In this document: positions 19,067-29,443 of the stretch, piece by piece
How positions within the stretch are numbered: position 1 is the first letter of the stretch
Layout: each line of letters opens with the position of its first letter
Assembly: GCA_937920005.1 (NCBI GenBank)
Contig: CALETF010000136.1
Location: 1-37,926, forward strand
From: an uncultured Candidatus Altimarinota bacterium
Lineage (GTDB): Bacteria > Patescibacteriota > Gracilibacteria > BD1-5 > JAGOOR01
Reading direction: 5' to 3'
DNA length: 37,926 nucleotides
Position numbers and translations under genes: made by a program
The notes under the pieces: generated by a model
Seen by the model: only the letters and a program-made list of their open reading frames with translations
Databases searched by the model: none
Told to the model about the DNA's origin: nothing

Positions 19067-21283
19067 CTATCATTCAGTGCCTGTCACAACTTCCTCGAGA
19101 ACTTTCATTTTCTTCTCATCTGCCGTATAGGATTCACGGAATTGTATATCATATTTCTTCCCATGATACCCGAGCTCTTCATCGCATTTTGGACAGTAGT
19201 CATGTTCGCCTTTGATATAACCATGCTTTGGGCAAATCGAGAAAGTAGGTGTTATAGTGATATAGGGAAGCTGGTAGTTTGAGATGACTTTTTTGACGAG
19301 CGCTTTGCATGCTTCTGCATCTGTGATACGTTCACCCATATAGAGATGGAGAACAGTCCCCCCTGTATATTTACATTGGAGCTCGTTCTGGTACTCGAGT
19401 GCTTCGAAGGCATCATCTGTGAAATTGACAGGGAGCTGTGAGGAATTTGTATAGAATGGATTCTCTGAAGTTCCCGATTGTATGATGCTGGGAAGTTGTT
19501 TTTGATCTTCTTTAGCAAAACGGTAGGTAGTTCCTTCCGCTGGAGTCGCCTCGAGATTGTACATACTGCCTGTTTCTTCTTGGTATCCTTTGAGAATTTC
19601 TCGCATGTATTCGAGTGTTTCTATTGCAAATTGCTTTCCCCAGTCTGTCGATATATCCTCCCTTCCCTCAGTAAAGTTTTGAATTGACTCATTCATACCA
19701 TTCAAGCCAATAGTGGAAAAATGATTCCTAAATGAGCGAAGATACCTATATGTATAGGGATAGAGTCACTTCTCGAGCCATTCTGTGAGGACTTTTCTCT
19801 TTATCTCCAGAGAGGTTTTTGCTAAGTCCATGAGATACTTTACCCGCTTACGGAAAGCGATCACATCTCCCCTATTGATGTATCCTATACGAGCCATGTT
19901 GATGGTGACAACACCGATAGATCCTGTCATTTCCGCTGATCAGAAAAGTCCATTACCTCTTTTCAAAAGTTCCCGAAGATCAAGCTGGAGCCGACAGCAC
20001 ATCGACCGTACAGCGCCGGGCTTATAGGCCTCTTCGTTCTCTATAATCATATTATTGCCATTTTCATCTTTCACTCTCTTGTATTGTGAACCAATGAAAT
20101 TCTGAAAATAGGGCAGGCCGTACTTCGCTGTCATTTCAAATATTCGCAATGTATCAGGAGATTCCCAGGGAAAATCTTGCGTGATATTATACGTTGGAAT
20201 CGGAAAGGTGAATGCTCGTCCTTTGCTGTCTCCGGCAGAATACACCTCTATAAGCGCTCGATTGATGATGGCTCTTTCTGTGTCGAGTTCACTAAATTTT
20301 TTAACATATTGTCCTTTGCCATACCCTCCGAGGAAAAGTCCCTTGTCAGCTAAATCTGTAGGACAGGTCCAGTCAAGAGTGATATTGGTGAAAGGAGTCT
20401 GGGTTCACCAGCGAGACGGTACATTGAGACCAAAAACAAAATTCTGCATCTGCTGATAAACATATGAATATGTTTTTTCTGTTATATATTTTTCCTTCTC
20501 TGTCTCGCTGGAAAAAGAAATTCCATACGTTTCTATATCTTTCCTTATTTCCTCGGTATGTTTGTGGACGAAAGGAGACAAGTAGGTATCAAATGAAGAA
20601 AATGCCTGAGCGCCAGCCCATTCATTTTGGAGCGTTCAGAGGAAATTGATCATCTGATTGACCGCTGCCTGCAGATTCCGTGGAGGAGCCGATTCAATAC
20701 GGTTTGGCATACCATTGAATCCCTCTTCAAGAAGCTGACGAAGACTCCAGCCAGCACAATATCCAGAGAACATATCGAGATCATGGATGTGATAATCTGC
20801 ATTTCTGTGTGCATTTCCTATCTCAGATGGATAGATATGAGAGAGCCAATAGTTAGCTGTTATTTTTCCAGAGGTATTGAGAAGAAGACCTCCAAGAGAA
20901 TATCCAGAATTAGCATTTGCATTCACTCTCCAATCCGATTTATTGAGATATTCATCCATCGTCTTGCCGACTTCGACGACAACTGAACGGTCTGCTCGGG
21001 ATGTTGACCGTTTTTCACGGTAGAGAATAAAAGCTTTTGCTACTTGATTATGTCCGTATTTGGTGAGAATTTCCTCTATACTATCTTGGATATACTCCAC
21101 GTCAGGGAGATCTGTTCCTGTTTTTTCCCTTACATGCCTCACAACCTCATCAGTCAATGTAGGGATATGAGAAAAATTTTCTCACCCTACTGCCCCAATA
21201 GCTTTCTGGATAGCTAGCTCTATTTTTGTACGATCAAAAGTAACGATTGCACCATTCCTTTTTCTCACTTTATAAATGACCAT
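19067..21283 (-). CDS. nrdD: anaerobic ribonucleoside-triphosphate reductase large fragment (ATP-cone, barrel and Zn site, no glycyl-radical motif)
   Basis: Track ORFs 19070..19705, 19940..20245 and 20636..21157 are in one frame and joined only by TGA; I translated every gap by hand. ATP-cone MVIYKVRKRNGAIVTFD, then RSMCCRLQLD, TGSIGVVTINMARIG and ICPKHGY...CPKC. Ends TGA then TAG (19067-19069). Confidence 0.9.
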
Positions 21284-21295
21284 AAAAGATAATTA

Positions 21296-21311
21296 ATACT
21301 ATATATTGTGT
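21296..21311. promoter_or_regulatory. NrdR box (proximal)
   Basis: ATACTATATATTGTGT matches 15 of 16 positions of the NrdR-box consensus acaCwAtATaTwGtgt as I recall it. Confidence 0.65.
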
Positions 21312-21327
21312 TATAAAAATAACTGGG

Positions 21328-21343
21328 ACACCATATATAGTTT
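21328..21343. promoter_or_regulatory. NrdR box (distal)
   Basis: ACACCATATATAGTTT matches 14 of 16 positions. Its centre lies 32 bp from the proximal box, the usual tandem spacing. Confidence 0.6.
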
Positions 21344-21359
21344 TTTATCGGTTGCAAGG

Positions 21360-21391
21360 AAATACAAAAGAAGCATATTTCTATGCTTCTT
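21360..21391 (-). terminator. rho-independent terminator after the rhodanese gene
   Basis: 10-bp stem aagaagcata (21368-21377) pairs with tatgcttctt (21382-21391). Confidence 0.65.
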
Positions 21392-21411
21392 ATTTGTTTC
21401 GAAATATGATA

Positions 21412-22011
21412 TTAACAATTAAATTCTCCTTGTGTACAAACACTACTGGGAAATTCTTGTTTTTCGCTGGACAAAGTTTCGGAAACTATATAGTCTTCGA
21501 CTTTACTTGGAGCTTCCCCGTCATGATTCCAGAGATTCCAAGAGTATCTCCACTCATTCCACCCTATTGCGAGATGTTTCACGTAGATACCTTTTTCTGA
21601 AAGCATTTTCCCTATTTTTCGTCCTGTCATACAGGCGCTACTATAACAGTGAACAATAATTTCCTTCCCTGGGTTCTCAGCAATTATCTTTTGAAAAGAC
21701 GTGATGATTCTTTCTTTATCATCATAGGCTGATTTATCAGGAGTTTTGTAAGCAGGTACATTGATGGCACCAATGATATGTTCATGTCTATATTCTTGCT
21801 CGCTTCTAAGGTCGACCAGAATAAAATCATTCTTCTTTTCGGTCATTTTTTTTCGGAGACTGTGGGGGCTGATAATAACGGCATTCTCTGACTCATAAAA
21901 ATCCTGTATAAATTCATTCTGGTTTTTCTCAAAGAGGTTGTCCAAATAAAAAAATCCAGAAACTGATACCACCAAACTCACAATCAAAGACACAATAATA
22001 GAACGCAGCAT
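21412..22011 (-). CDS. membrane-anchored rhodanese-domain sulfurtransferase-like protein
   Basis: ATG 22011 (MLRSIIVSLIVSLVVSV) lies inside track ORF 21412..22056, whose first codon is GTG. Rhodanese core ILVDLRSEQEYRHEHIIGAINVP and active-site loop HCYSSACMTGRK. Ends TAA 21412-21414. Confidence 0.8.
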   Translation of the reverse strand: MLRSIIVSLIVSLVVSVSGFFYLDNLFEKNQNEFIQDFYESENAVIISPHSLRKKMTEKKNDFILVDLRSEQEYRHEHIIGAINVPAYKTPDKSAYDDKERIITSFQKIIAENPGKEIIVHCYSSACMTGRKIGKMLSEKGIYVKHLAIGWNEWRYSWNLWNHDGEAPSKVEDYIVSETLSSEKQEFPSSVCTQGEFNC

Positions 22012-22133
22012 AATAAAAGGGTAAAGAATTAATCTAGACCGAGAAATTGTGTGCACTATTAATTTATCTGTCTATGCGGATGTAATTGTAGGTGAATTCT
22101 TGTTTTTTCAAAGCTAAATTCCTTTCCCTAAAA

Positions 22134-24518
22134 TTAAATTCCTCGCAACATATATCACTCACCGGCAAGTTTTTGGACAACTGCTTCCTGCACTTTCGCA
22201 GCCTCGTCATCAGTAATAGTCTTCTCTGGATTTCTAATCAGAAGAGACACGACGACTGATTTTTTATCAACACCGATATGCTTTTCATCACGATATATCT
22301 CGGTGACCCCAATATCAGATATCCACGCATGTGATTTGCGAACGAGGTCCACAAGAGTAGCAACTGGTGTCGTCTCTGGCATGATGAAATTAAACTCTCG
22401 ACGTGTTCCTGGGAATTCAATAAGAGGAGTGAATTTGATAGCTCGATGAAGTGCTGGCATTTTCACAATCTCAAAAGCGTAGATATCAATACCCTCAATA
22501 TCAAAGAGTGGAAGAAGAGTGGGACGTATGAGACCAAATCGGAGAGCTGCCTCACCTGATTCATCTACTATCTCACCATATGCCTTTGGGGCAAAAAGTT
22601 TCGTATCAGAGGCACCCTGAGTTATCATACCTGGTGTACCAAAGTAGGTCATCATATAACTCGTGAGATGTTCTTGGAGACTATCAAAAGTACGACCCCA
22701 GAGAACACCGAGACCTTGGAGAGATTCTTCACCATCAAATATCGGACCAAACTCAAAGAACGCACCATCGGTATGACTGCGGTAATTGTTTGCGACGAGT
22801 TCGAGGAGGTTCTCAGCCATATGAGCACGGAGATGTGTCCTATTTTCTGTTGTATTGTGAATGATAGCTGGTTTTTTATCAGAGAATCGTGTAAATCTCT
22901 CATCCAGTGTAAAAGGATATGTATAGGCATCAAAATATCCTCTGTCAGCAAAAAATCCAGTGATACTCCGAGTGATAGCATCATGAGACTCGACACGAAC
23001 AGTTGCGAGAGGTCCAGGTAATGGCTGCCCCTGGATTGTTTCGTAGCCAATATGTCGTGCGACCTCTTCGACTACATCCTCTGGGATACTAATATCCCCA
23101 GTATCTCTCCAAGAAGGAACTGTGACAGAGTAGATTCATTTCTTTGATGACACTTCAAAACCGAGACGTGTGAGTATACCCTGCACTTCTTTTTCTGGTA
23201 CTTCTTTTCCGATTTTTGCTACGAGCATCTCGTGAGTGAGAGTGAGTTCTGATGGAGTATATGAGGTAGTCATAACCGACTGCTTCCCTTCAGTGACTCC
23301 TGGTACAAAAAATGCGAGAAGCTCAGCGTATCGTGTCTGAGCTCGATGAGGGCTGGTTCTATCGACTCATTTTTCGAATCGCATAGAGCTATCAGTTCGG
23401 ATACCGAGACGTTGAGATGTTTTGCGTACTGTCACAGGATCAAATGAAGCAGACTCTACATAGATACGACGAGTTGTCTCGGTCGTTCCTGATGATTTTC
23501 CACCCATGATACCTGCGAGAGCGAGTATTTGTTTCTCATCGACGATCACGAGGTCCTCTGGAGTAAGTGCGTATTCCTTTCCGTCGAGACCAGTAAACAT
23601 TTCTCCTTTTTTTGCCATACGAAGAGTGATGTTTCCGGCAATGATATCAGCATCAAACACATGCATTGGTTGGCCTATCTCGGTCATCACCATATTCGTG
23701 AGGTCTGGGAGGAGTCCGTGTGTCCCTTGGTTTGAACGAAAGAGTACAGTCTGCACGAGAAAAGGCGACACTGGAAGCTCTGGAAGTGTATACTCTGTGA
23801 GGAGATAGTTCATAACTGCCTCTGATGCCACTGTTACGTTGAGACCATTTGTGTCTTTCAGGGGCTTTGACGGTACATAGGAGAAATCGGTTTTTTCTAT
23901 ACAGGCTATTTCTCGGGCATTTCAAATAACAGAAAAAAGATCTGGTCGATTGGTGATAAATTTGTTATCCAGATCAAAGACGACATCGTTCATGGCATAC
24001 TCTATATCACCATCGTGTCCTGGAAATGAGAGTGTGAGTTCACCAAATGGCTTTCAGAGATGTTTCTCGAGAGTTTTTTCATCCCAGACAGTTTCCAGAG
24101 GAAATATGCCTTCTGCTCTTGTTGTTTGCAGTCCGAGCTCATCGAGACTACAAATCATACCACAACTATCAACCCCTCGAATAGCTCGTCGAGCGATTAC
24201 GAGACCTCCTGGGAGCTCAGCGTGTTCGAGAGCAACTGGGACGTATTTTGATGTCCGAGCATTTGCCGCACCACACACTATCTCATGCTGACCATTTTTA
24301 CCAGCATCAACCTGTACGAGTCCGAGCTTATCAGAATCAGGATGTGGTTTCCATGCGAGGACTTTTCCAACTACTATTCTATCATCATAGATATACGTGT
24401 CGATACCCTCTACTTCGGCAGTATAGGTGGAGTACGTATGAGAGAATTGTTCGAGAGATTCAGGGGTATACTCAGGGACTTGAGTCCAGTGACGCGCCCA
24501 ATTAAGAGAGATTTTCAT
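22134..24518 (-). CDS. pheT: phenylalanine--tRNA ligase beta subunit
   Basis: Track ORFs 22155..22820, 23367..23831 and 24054..24518 are in one frame. The gaps, translated by hand, contain only TGA. N-terminal tRNA-binding domain (VVGKVLAWKPHPDSDKL), then NRPDLFS, and a C-terminal FDX-ACB-like domain. The track stop TGA 22155 is read through to TAA 22134-22136. Confidence 0.9.
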
Positions 24519-24548
24519 AACGTTATTCTATGCAGTTTTTAGAGAAAT

Positions 24549-25178
24549 CTACTCTTTTGGAACAGTTACGTCTGCCTGATATTCAGCCGAGCATCCAGCA
24601 TAGAGAGCGATTTCAGAAAGAGGACGTTCACCAGTCACTCGACCAGCGACGTACACTGGACGTTCTGTGAGTGTCTCATTCGGACCATCTGTTAACACAG
24701 TGAGTTTCACGAGCTTTTCATATTCTGGAATATTTGAAGCAACGAGCTTTTCTGTTTTTTGTTTAAATGCTTCAACGTCTTTCAGGAGTTCTGGTTTATT
24801 TTTTTTGACAGCATCGGCATAGATATCCGTTGTGCTTCGGACTTTTGTGAGCTCAGAGTTGAAGAGATTTATAATTGCTTCTTTTGGAAGAGACTTGATG
24901 GTCGCATCTGGAAACTGCCATGTAGGATAGCTCATAATATTTCTATCACTACATTCTTTTGCCTGACCAGAGCCAACTGCACATTCAAAATATGGCATGT
25001 CTTTGACTGATTTCCCAAACATTTTCTTCTGTGCAGCACAGTGTGGACACCAAGAGGCACCAAACATAACCGCTTGGTTCTTTTGTAGACAAGCTGTGAG
25101 ATTCGAATAATCTTTATTCGTCGATCCACATGAAGCAAGAAGGAAACAAGCAGAGGCAGCAATAAGTATTTTTTTCAT
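24549..25178 (-). CDS. lipoprotein with thioredoxin-like domain (WCPHC)
   Basis: ATG 25178 gives MKKILIAASACFLLASCGS (lipobox LASC), followed by FGASWCPHCAAQKKMFG. Ends TAG 24549-24551. Confidence 0.75.
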   Translation of the reverse strand: MKKILIAASACFLLASCGSTNKDYSNLTACLQKNQAVMFGASWCPHCAAQKKMFGKSVKDMPYFECAVGSGQAKECSDRNIMSYPTWQFPDATIKSLPKEAIINLFNSELTKVRSTTDIYADAVKKNKPELLKDVEAFKQKTEKLVASNIPEYEKLVKLTVLTDGPNETLTERPVYVAGRVTGERPLSEIALYAGCSAEYQADVTVPKE

Positions 25179-25267
25179 AAACAGAGAGATAAAAATAGGA
25201 CACAAACATTATAATAAAAAGAGAGAAAAGTCTCCTTTTTAGCTTTGTCTTTTTGCAGTTTGTATGG

Positions 25268-25603
25268 CTAACAAGACGAACATGTCTCGCATCCACCACC
25301 CGTACTACACGTACCACATCATGATTTTTTGTCTGTTTCCCCACCAAAAAGAGAGATAAACAGACTCGTCAGTTCAGTCTGTTCTGGTGTCACACCCTCA
25401 AATATCATATCACGGAAATTGATGGATTCTTCTTCTATACAAAGAGCTGGTAGGCTCGTGATTTTCATTTGCTCACGATATTCTGGCGTATCGTAGAGCT
25501 CCACCGTTGTATGTGACAAAAGTCCAAGCTCCTCGAGGGAAGCCTGGACTCTTGATAGTAGTGTATCAGTATCGGGAGATGTTCCAACAATACGGATGAG
25601 CAT
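25268..25603 (-). CDS. small thioredoxin-fold (MTH895/Thioredoxin_3-like) protein lacking the N-terminal CxxC but carrying a C-terminal Cys-rich tail
   Basis: Track ORF 25319..25603 reads through TGA 25319-25321 into GCGTCSTGGGCETCSSC and ends TAG 25268-25270. It starts 3 nt after the rplY stop. Confidence 0.6.
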
Positions 25604-25606
25604 AGA

Positions 25607-26266
25607 TTATTCTGATTTTGCTTCAGCAGCTGGAGCACCTTCTGCTCCTTCTTCTTTCTTCTCTGTGAGAACCTCAACTTCTTTTGGTTCTTCATCTGGA
25701 ACATACTCCTGGAATTCTGAAGCGATAACAACTGGCTCATTTCCTTCGTGGTGGAGAATTTCGTGTTTCTTTGGATCAAGAGCGAGGTCAGAGACACGTA
25801 TAGCATCACCAACTTTCTCAAGTTTTGATACATCAACAGTGAGCTCAGCTGGGATATCAGCTGGGAGACATCGGATTTCGATATCTTCGAGAACGTGATC
25901 AATGATAGCACCATCACGAGCAGCCTGAGATTCACCAATGAGTTTGACTGGGACAGTCACTGTGAGCTTGTCAGTCGCACTTACGGCAAGGAAATCTACG
26001 TGGAGAAATTGTCCAGAAACTGGATGAACATCTATGTCGTGGATAATTGCTTGGTGTTTTTTACCGTCAACTGAGAGATCAATAATATGAGAATAACCAG
26101 CTTCACGGAAAACACGAAGGAGGTCAGAAGTATCAACTGAAAGTGGAGTGCTTGGGCATTTTTTGCCGTAGATAACACCTGGTACAGAACCTTTGCTATC
26201 AGCATTGCCACGGATAGTTCGGAGGTCTGTTTTGGGATCACGAGTGACCGCTACTAGAGACAACAT
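25607..26266 (-). CDS. rplY: 50S ribosomal protein L25 / general stress protein Ctc
   Basis: Uninterrupted ORF. Has GSVPGVIYGKK, HPVSGQFLHVDF and an acidic C-terminal tail. Confidence 0.9.
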   Translation of the reverse strand: MLSLVAVTRDPKTDLRTIRGNADSKGSVPGVIYGKKCPSTPLSVDTSDLLRVFREAGYSHIIDLSVDGKKHQAIIHDIDVHPVSGQFLHVDFLAVSATDKLTVTVPVKLIGESQAARDGAIIDHVLEDIEIRCLPADIPAELTVDVSKLEKVGDAIRVSDLALDPKKHEILHHEGNEPVVIASEFQEYVPDEEPKEVEVLTEKKEEGAEGAPAAEAKSE

Positions 26267-26309
26267 AATAAATAACTAAAAAATAAATTATCGAAATATC
26301 GATGCGGGG

Positions 26310-26336
26310 ATTATATAGAAGCTGTGTATAAGTCAA
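26310..26336 (-). promoter_or_regulatory. candidate promoter of rplY (TTGACT-N15-TATAAT)
   Basis: On the plus strand, agtcaa lies at 26331-26336 and attata at 26310-26315. Confidence 0.4.
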
Positions 26337-26351
26337 TTTTTTATCAAAAGT

Positions 26352-27308
26352 CTAGAGCCACTCTACTTCTATTCCCCTCCCCCTCACGAGCTGAGCACGA
26401 AATGGCTCCAGAAATGAAACCATATTTGGAGAACGAATAAGTATCTTTTGTCGGTACTTCCCTGCCCTTTTTTCAAAGAGAAGATGATCGTAGAGGACAG
26501 TTGTGTCTGATGTATGTTTTGCTGCTTCTATCATCGATGAAGCAGTACTCGCTATTCGTTGCTGCACAACTGATTCACTTGAGTCACTAATATAGACAGT
26601 CACCATCTGTGTAAACGGTGGGAGATGAAATTGTTTTCGTTCTGTCACTGTTTTTTGGAAAAAAGATCGGAAATTCCCGCTCGTTACTTCAGTAATAAGA
26701 GGAAGCTTTGGTGAGCGAGTCTGGAGAATAATATCTCTTGAGCGATAAAAAAAATGTCGAATCTGTTGATACATGCTCTCCTCGATGTCATAGTCTGGAA
26801 CGGCCAAATCAGACTCAACGAGGAGAAAAGCTGTGAGCCCGAGATTCTCGATAGGAAGAGAGGATATTTTTTGGGTTCCAATAAATATGTCATATTCAGT
26901 CAGCGTCTTTGGTGTGACCTTATTCAGGTCTTCTATGAGGAGAATTCGTGCCTCGGGAAGCAGTTCTCGCACATGTGTATCAATCGATTGGACTCGAGCG
27001 CCACTCTGAACGAGATGATAGGAATGACATTGGGGGCATTTTTCTGGGAGAGATCACTTTGATTCACAAAAGTGACACAAGAGAGAATTCTCTGGTTTGG
27101 TATGAACTCGCATCAAGAGATCACACGAAGGACACCTGGCAGCCCATCCGCAATCACGGCAGACAAGAGTGCTCATAGCACCTCGACGATTGAGAGAGAG
27201 AAGTATTTTTTCGCCACGAGCAAGTGTCTCCTGCATTCTCCCAAAAAGAACCTCTGAGATAAGAGGTTTGACTGGACGAATCTGATTCATGTCTATGACG
27301 GTGATCAT
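26352..27308 (-). CDS. priA: PriA-like protein, C-terminal half only (Zn-binding Cys cluster, degenerate helicase lobe 2, C-terminal domain)
   Basis: Track ORFs 26352..26972 and 27054..27308 are in frame across TGA 27054-27056. Has LSLNRRGAMSTLVCRDCGWAARCPSCDLLMRVH...LLCHFCES-G-SLPEKCPQC. No Walker A/B region is present and the space upstream is occupied by nrdR. Ends TAG 26352-26354. Confidence 0.7.
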
Positions 27309-27754
27309 TCTTCGAATTCTTCGAGGATAAACTTCACGAAGTCGCTATGACTCTCAAAGTGATTGTAGACTGAAGCAAATCGCAAACAGGCAACTTCATC
27401 AATATCTTTGAGCTTATGAAGGACATCCTTTCCTATTCTCTTCGAAGTAACCCCATTTTTATTCTCTGCCCACTCGATTTCTAGCGTATTAATCATTGAT
27501 TCTATTTTTTCAGGTGGAATATTTCTCTTGTTGCACGCTTTGAGGATACTTGTTTCGAGTTTTGAGCGATTGTATAGTTCTTTTTTACCAGATGTTTTAT
27601 TCACGAAAAAACTCACGAATTCCATACGTTCAAATGTCGTGAAACGGGCTTCGCATTTTTCACATTCACGACGACGACGAATAGAGAGTCAATCTTCTGA
27701 GAGGCGTGAATCTATCACACGAGTTTCGAGATTTTTGCATTTAGGGCAGCGCAT
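27293..27754 (-). CDS. nrdR: transcriptional repressor NrdR (Zn ribbon plus ATP-cone)
   Basis: ATG 27754 gives [42 protein letters not shown] with TGA 27689-27691 at the conserved Gly. The track stop TGA 27305-27307 is read through (GSPS) to TAG 27293-27295, so the gene overlaps the priA-like start by 16 nt. Confidence 0.9.
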
Positions 27755-27873
27755 AAGCGGAGAATATGAATTTTTGAGAGAAAGTAAACGTGATTCTTAT
27801 GACTTTTTTCTACAAGCATCAGAGCAGTAGATGATTTCATTCCAGAGTCTTCATTGATGCCCATTTTTTACGA

Positions 27874-27901
27874 TTGGAGAAAGTCCTGAGACAGACAGGA
27901 C
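27874..27901 (-). terminator. terminator after the glycosyltransferase gene
   Basis: Stem gtcctg (27883-27888) pairs with caggac (27896-27901), followed on the minus strand by TTTCTCC. Confidence 0.5.
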
Positions 27902-27925
27902 AGATTTTGGTTTGTGCCCGAATAT

Positions 27926-29044
27926 CTACTCACATACTCGCTCTACTATTTGTCTCAGTTCTCGCTCAAATCGGTCTTCAGAAAAACTCATACCATGATC
28001 TCGGATAACGTCATGATCCCACTCTATACTTCTCGCTCGTTCAAGAGCTGTAGCAAGTGAACTTGGTGTTTGTTCTGAAAAAAGTAATCCTGTTTCACCA
28101 TGAAGGACAGTCTCAGTTGCTCAGCCTTCCCCATACGCAATGACAGGAGCTCCATGTGCCATAGCCTCGAGAGCGACGATGCCAAAATCCTCTAATTGAG
28201 GCATGATAAAACCCCGGGCTCGTTCAAATGCCTGTGCGACATCCTGGTCTCATGCATCAAATATCCACTCAATCGTTGGTCCGGATTTCTTTTGAAGTGC
28301 ATCAGTAATCGTATTATGGGTACTGGTAAATATCTTGAGTGGTAACCCCAAAGCATTGCAGGCATCGATGGCTATATCAAATCGTTTGTAGGGAACGACT
28401 CGACCAAGACACATAAAAAAATCTCTCTCCAGATTTTCGGTTTTTTGGTGAGTGATTTGTGGTTTGAAAAAAGGATATACCACTTCGCTTTCACGGTTAT
28501 AATATTCTCGGATTCTTTCTTGTGTTGTGACAGAGTTGGCAATAAAAAAATCTGGTCTCTGAGCAACTTTTTTGTCCCAACGACGCATAATCATAAATGC
28601 TGGCGGGATAACAAGCTTTGCAAACCAATTCAGCCATCCAAACTCAAGAAATCATCGGTATTCTGAGGTATGACTCCAGAGGTATCGCGTTGGCGTATGA
28701 CAATAGCATACATGTGTTGTTTTCTTTTTTGTTCGTATTCCTTTTGCCTCTGCTGAAGTGAGAGAGATAACTAAATCGTATTTCTTGAAATTAAAAAGTC
28801 TGAATGCAAGGGGTCGCAAGAGCATACAGAGCTTGTGTCTACGATTGAGAAACGGTATATACTGGATAAAACTGGTATGAATTTTTCGACCTGTGAAATA
28901 CTCAGGTCTTTCTGGGAAAAATACAGAAGTATAGATCTCAGCCTGCGGGTACATCTCCATAACCTTCACTAATATCCTCTCTGCCCCACCCCAATGAGTA
29001 ATCCAATCGGCTACAATCGCTATTTTTTTCTCTTTTTGTATCAT
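27926..29044 (-). CDS. GT4-family (GT-B fold) glycosyltransferase
   Basis: Track ORFs 28250..28594 and 28652..29065 are in frame. The CDS reads through TGA at 28652, 28250 and 28121 (first bases) to TAG 27926-27928. Has KIAIVADWITHWGGAERIL and EDFGIVALEAMAHGAPVIAYGEG. Alternative start ATG 29065. Confidence 0.8.
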
Positions 29045-29092
29045 GACTCTGAGCAGGATATGCATTTTATTTTAAGCCAATAAATAAAAATA

Positions 29093-29121
29093 TTGACAAA
29101 TAAATATTTTGTATATTATAT
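29093..29121 (+). promoter_or_regulatory. promoter (TTGACA plus AT-rich -10 region)
   Basis: TTGACA at 29093-29098, with tgtatattatat providing an extended -10. Confidence 0.5.
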
Positions 29122-29153
29122 GCATCCAAAATATTTCTTAATTTTATAGCACT

Positions 29154-29363
29154 ATGATTGATGGTCTTCGCGCTCTTGATGGTGGAAATGGTAATATCCC
29201 TGCTGAAAATGAAGCAACGGATAAACTCAGAATGTCTATCCTCGCAACTATGATTGCTCTGGGCCTCTGAGCACACCTCCCAAACGTCATACCGACAGAA
29301 ACGCGCGCGGAACATGCTGCTAATAGGGCTGCTAAAATGGCTCAAGATGGTGGTGGTTACTAG
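29154..29363 (+). CDS. small hypothetical membrane protein (69 aa)
   Basis: ATG 29154 to TAG 29361-29363 with one in-frame TGA. Hydrophobic core MSILATMIALGLGAHL. A promoter lies upstream and a strong terminator downstream. The antisense track ORF 29067..29417 is a shadow. Confidence 0.5.
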
Positions 29364-29377
29364 TCTATAGAATGCAA

Positions 29378-29406
29378 AATCCTCCCTTACTGGGAGGATT
29401 TTTTTA
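29378..29406 (+). terminator. rho-independent terminator
   Basis: Stem aatcctccc (29378-29386) pairs with gggaggatt (29392-29400) and is followed by a T run. Confidence 0.8.
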
Positions 29407-29410
29407 TAAA

Positions 29411-29439
29411 TTGACAAGCAAATAAATATATTATCATAA
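29411..29439 (+). promoter_or_regulatory. promoter placed to give a leaderless or near-leaderless mRNA
   Basis: TTGACA at 29411-29416, a 17-nt spacer, then TCATAA at 29434-29439. The ATG is at 29444. Confidence 0.45.
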
Positions 29440-29443
29440 AATA

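Noticed and set aside
18845-19705. An intein or group I intron as the cause of the nrdD split.
   Set aside because: The insertion is only about 60 codons. It lacks intein block residues (no Cys/Ser at the N-junction, no HN before the C-extein Cys). It is too short and too AT-rich to fold as a group I intron.
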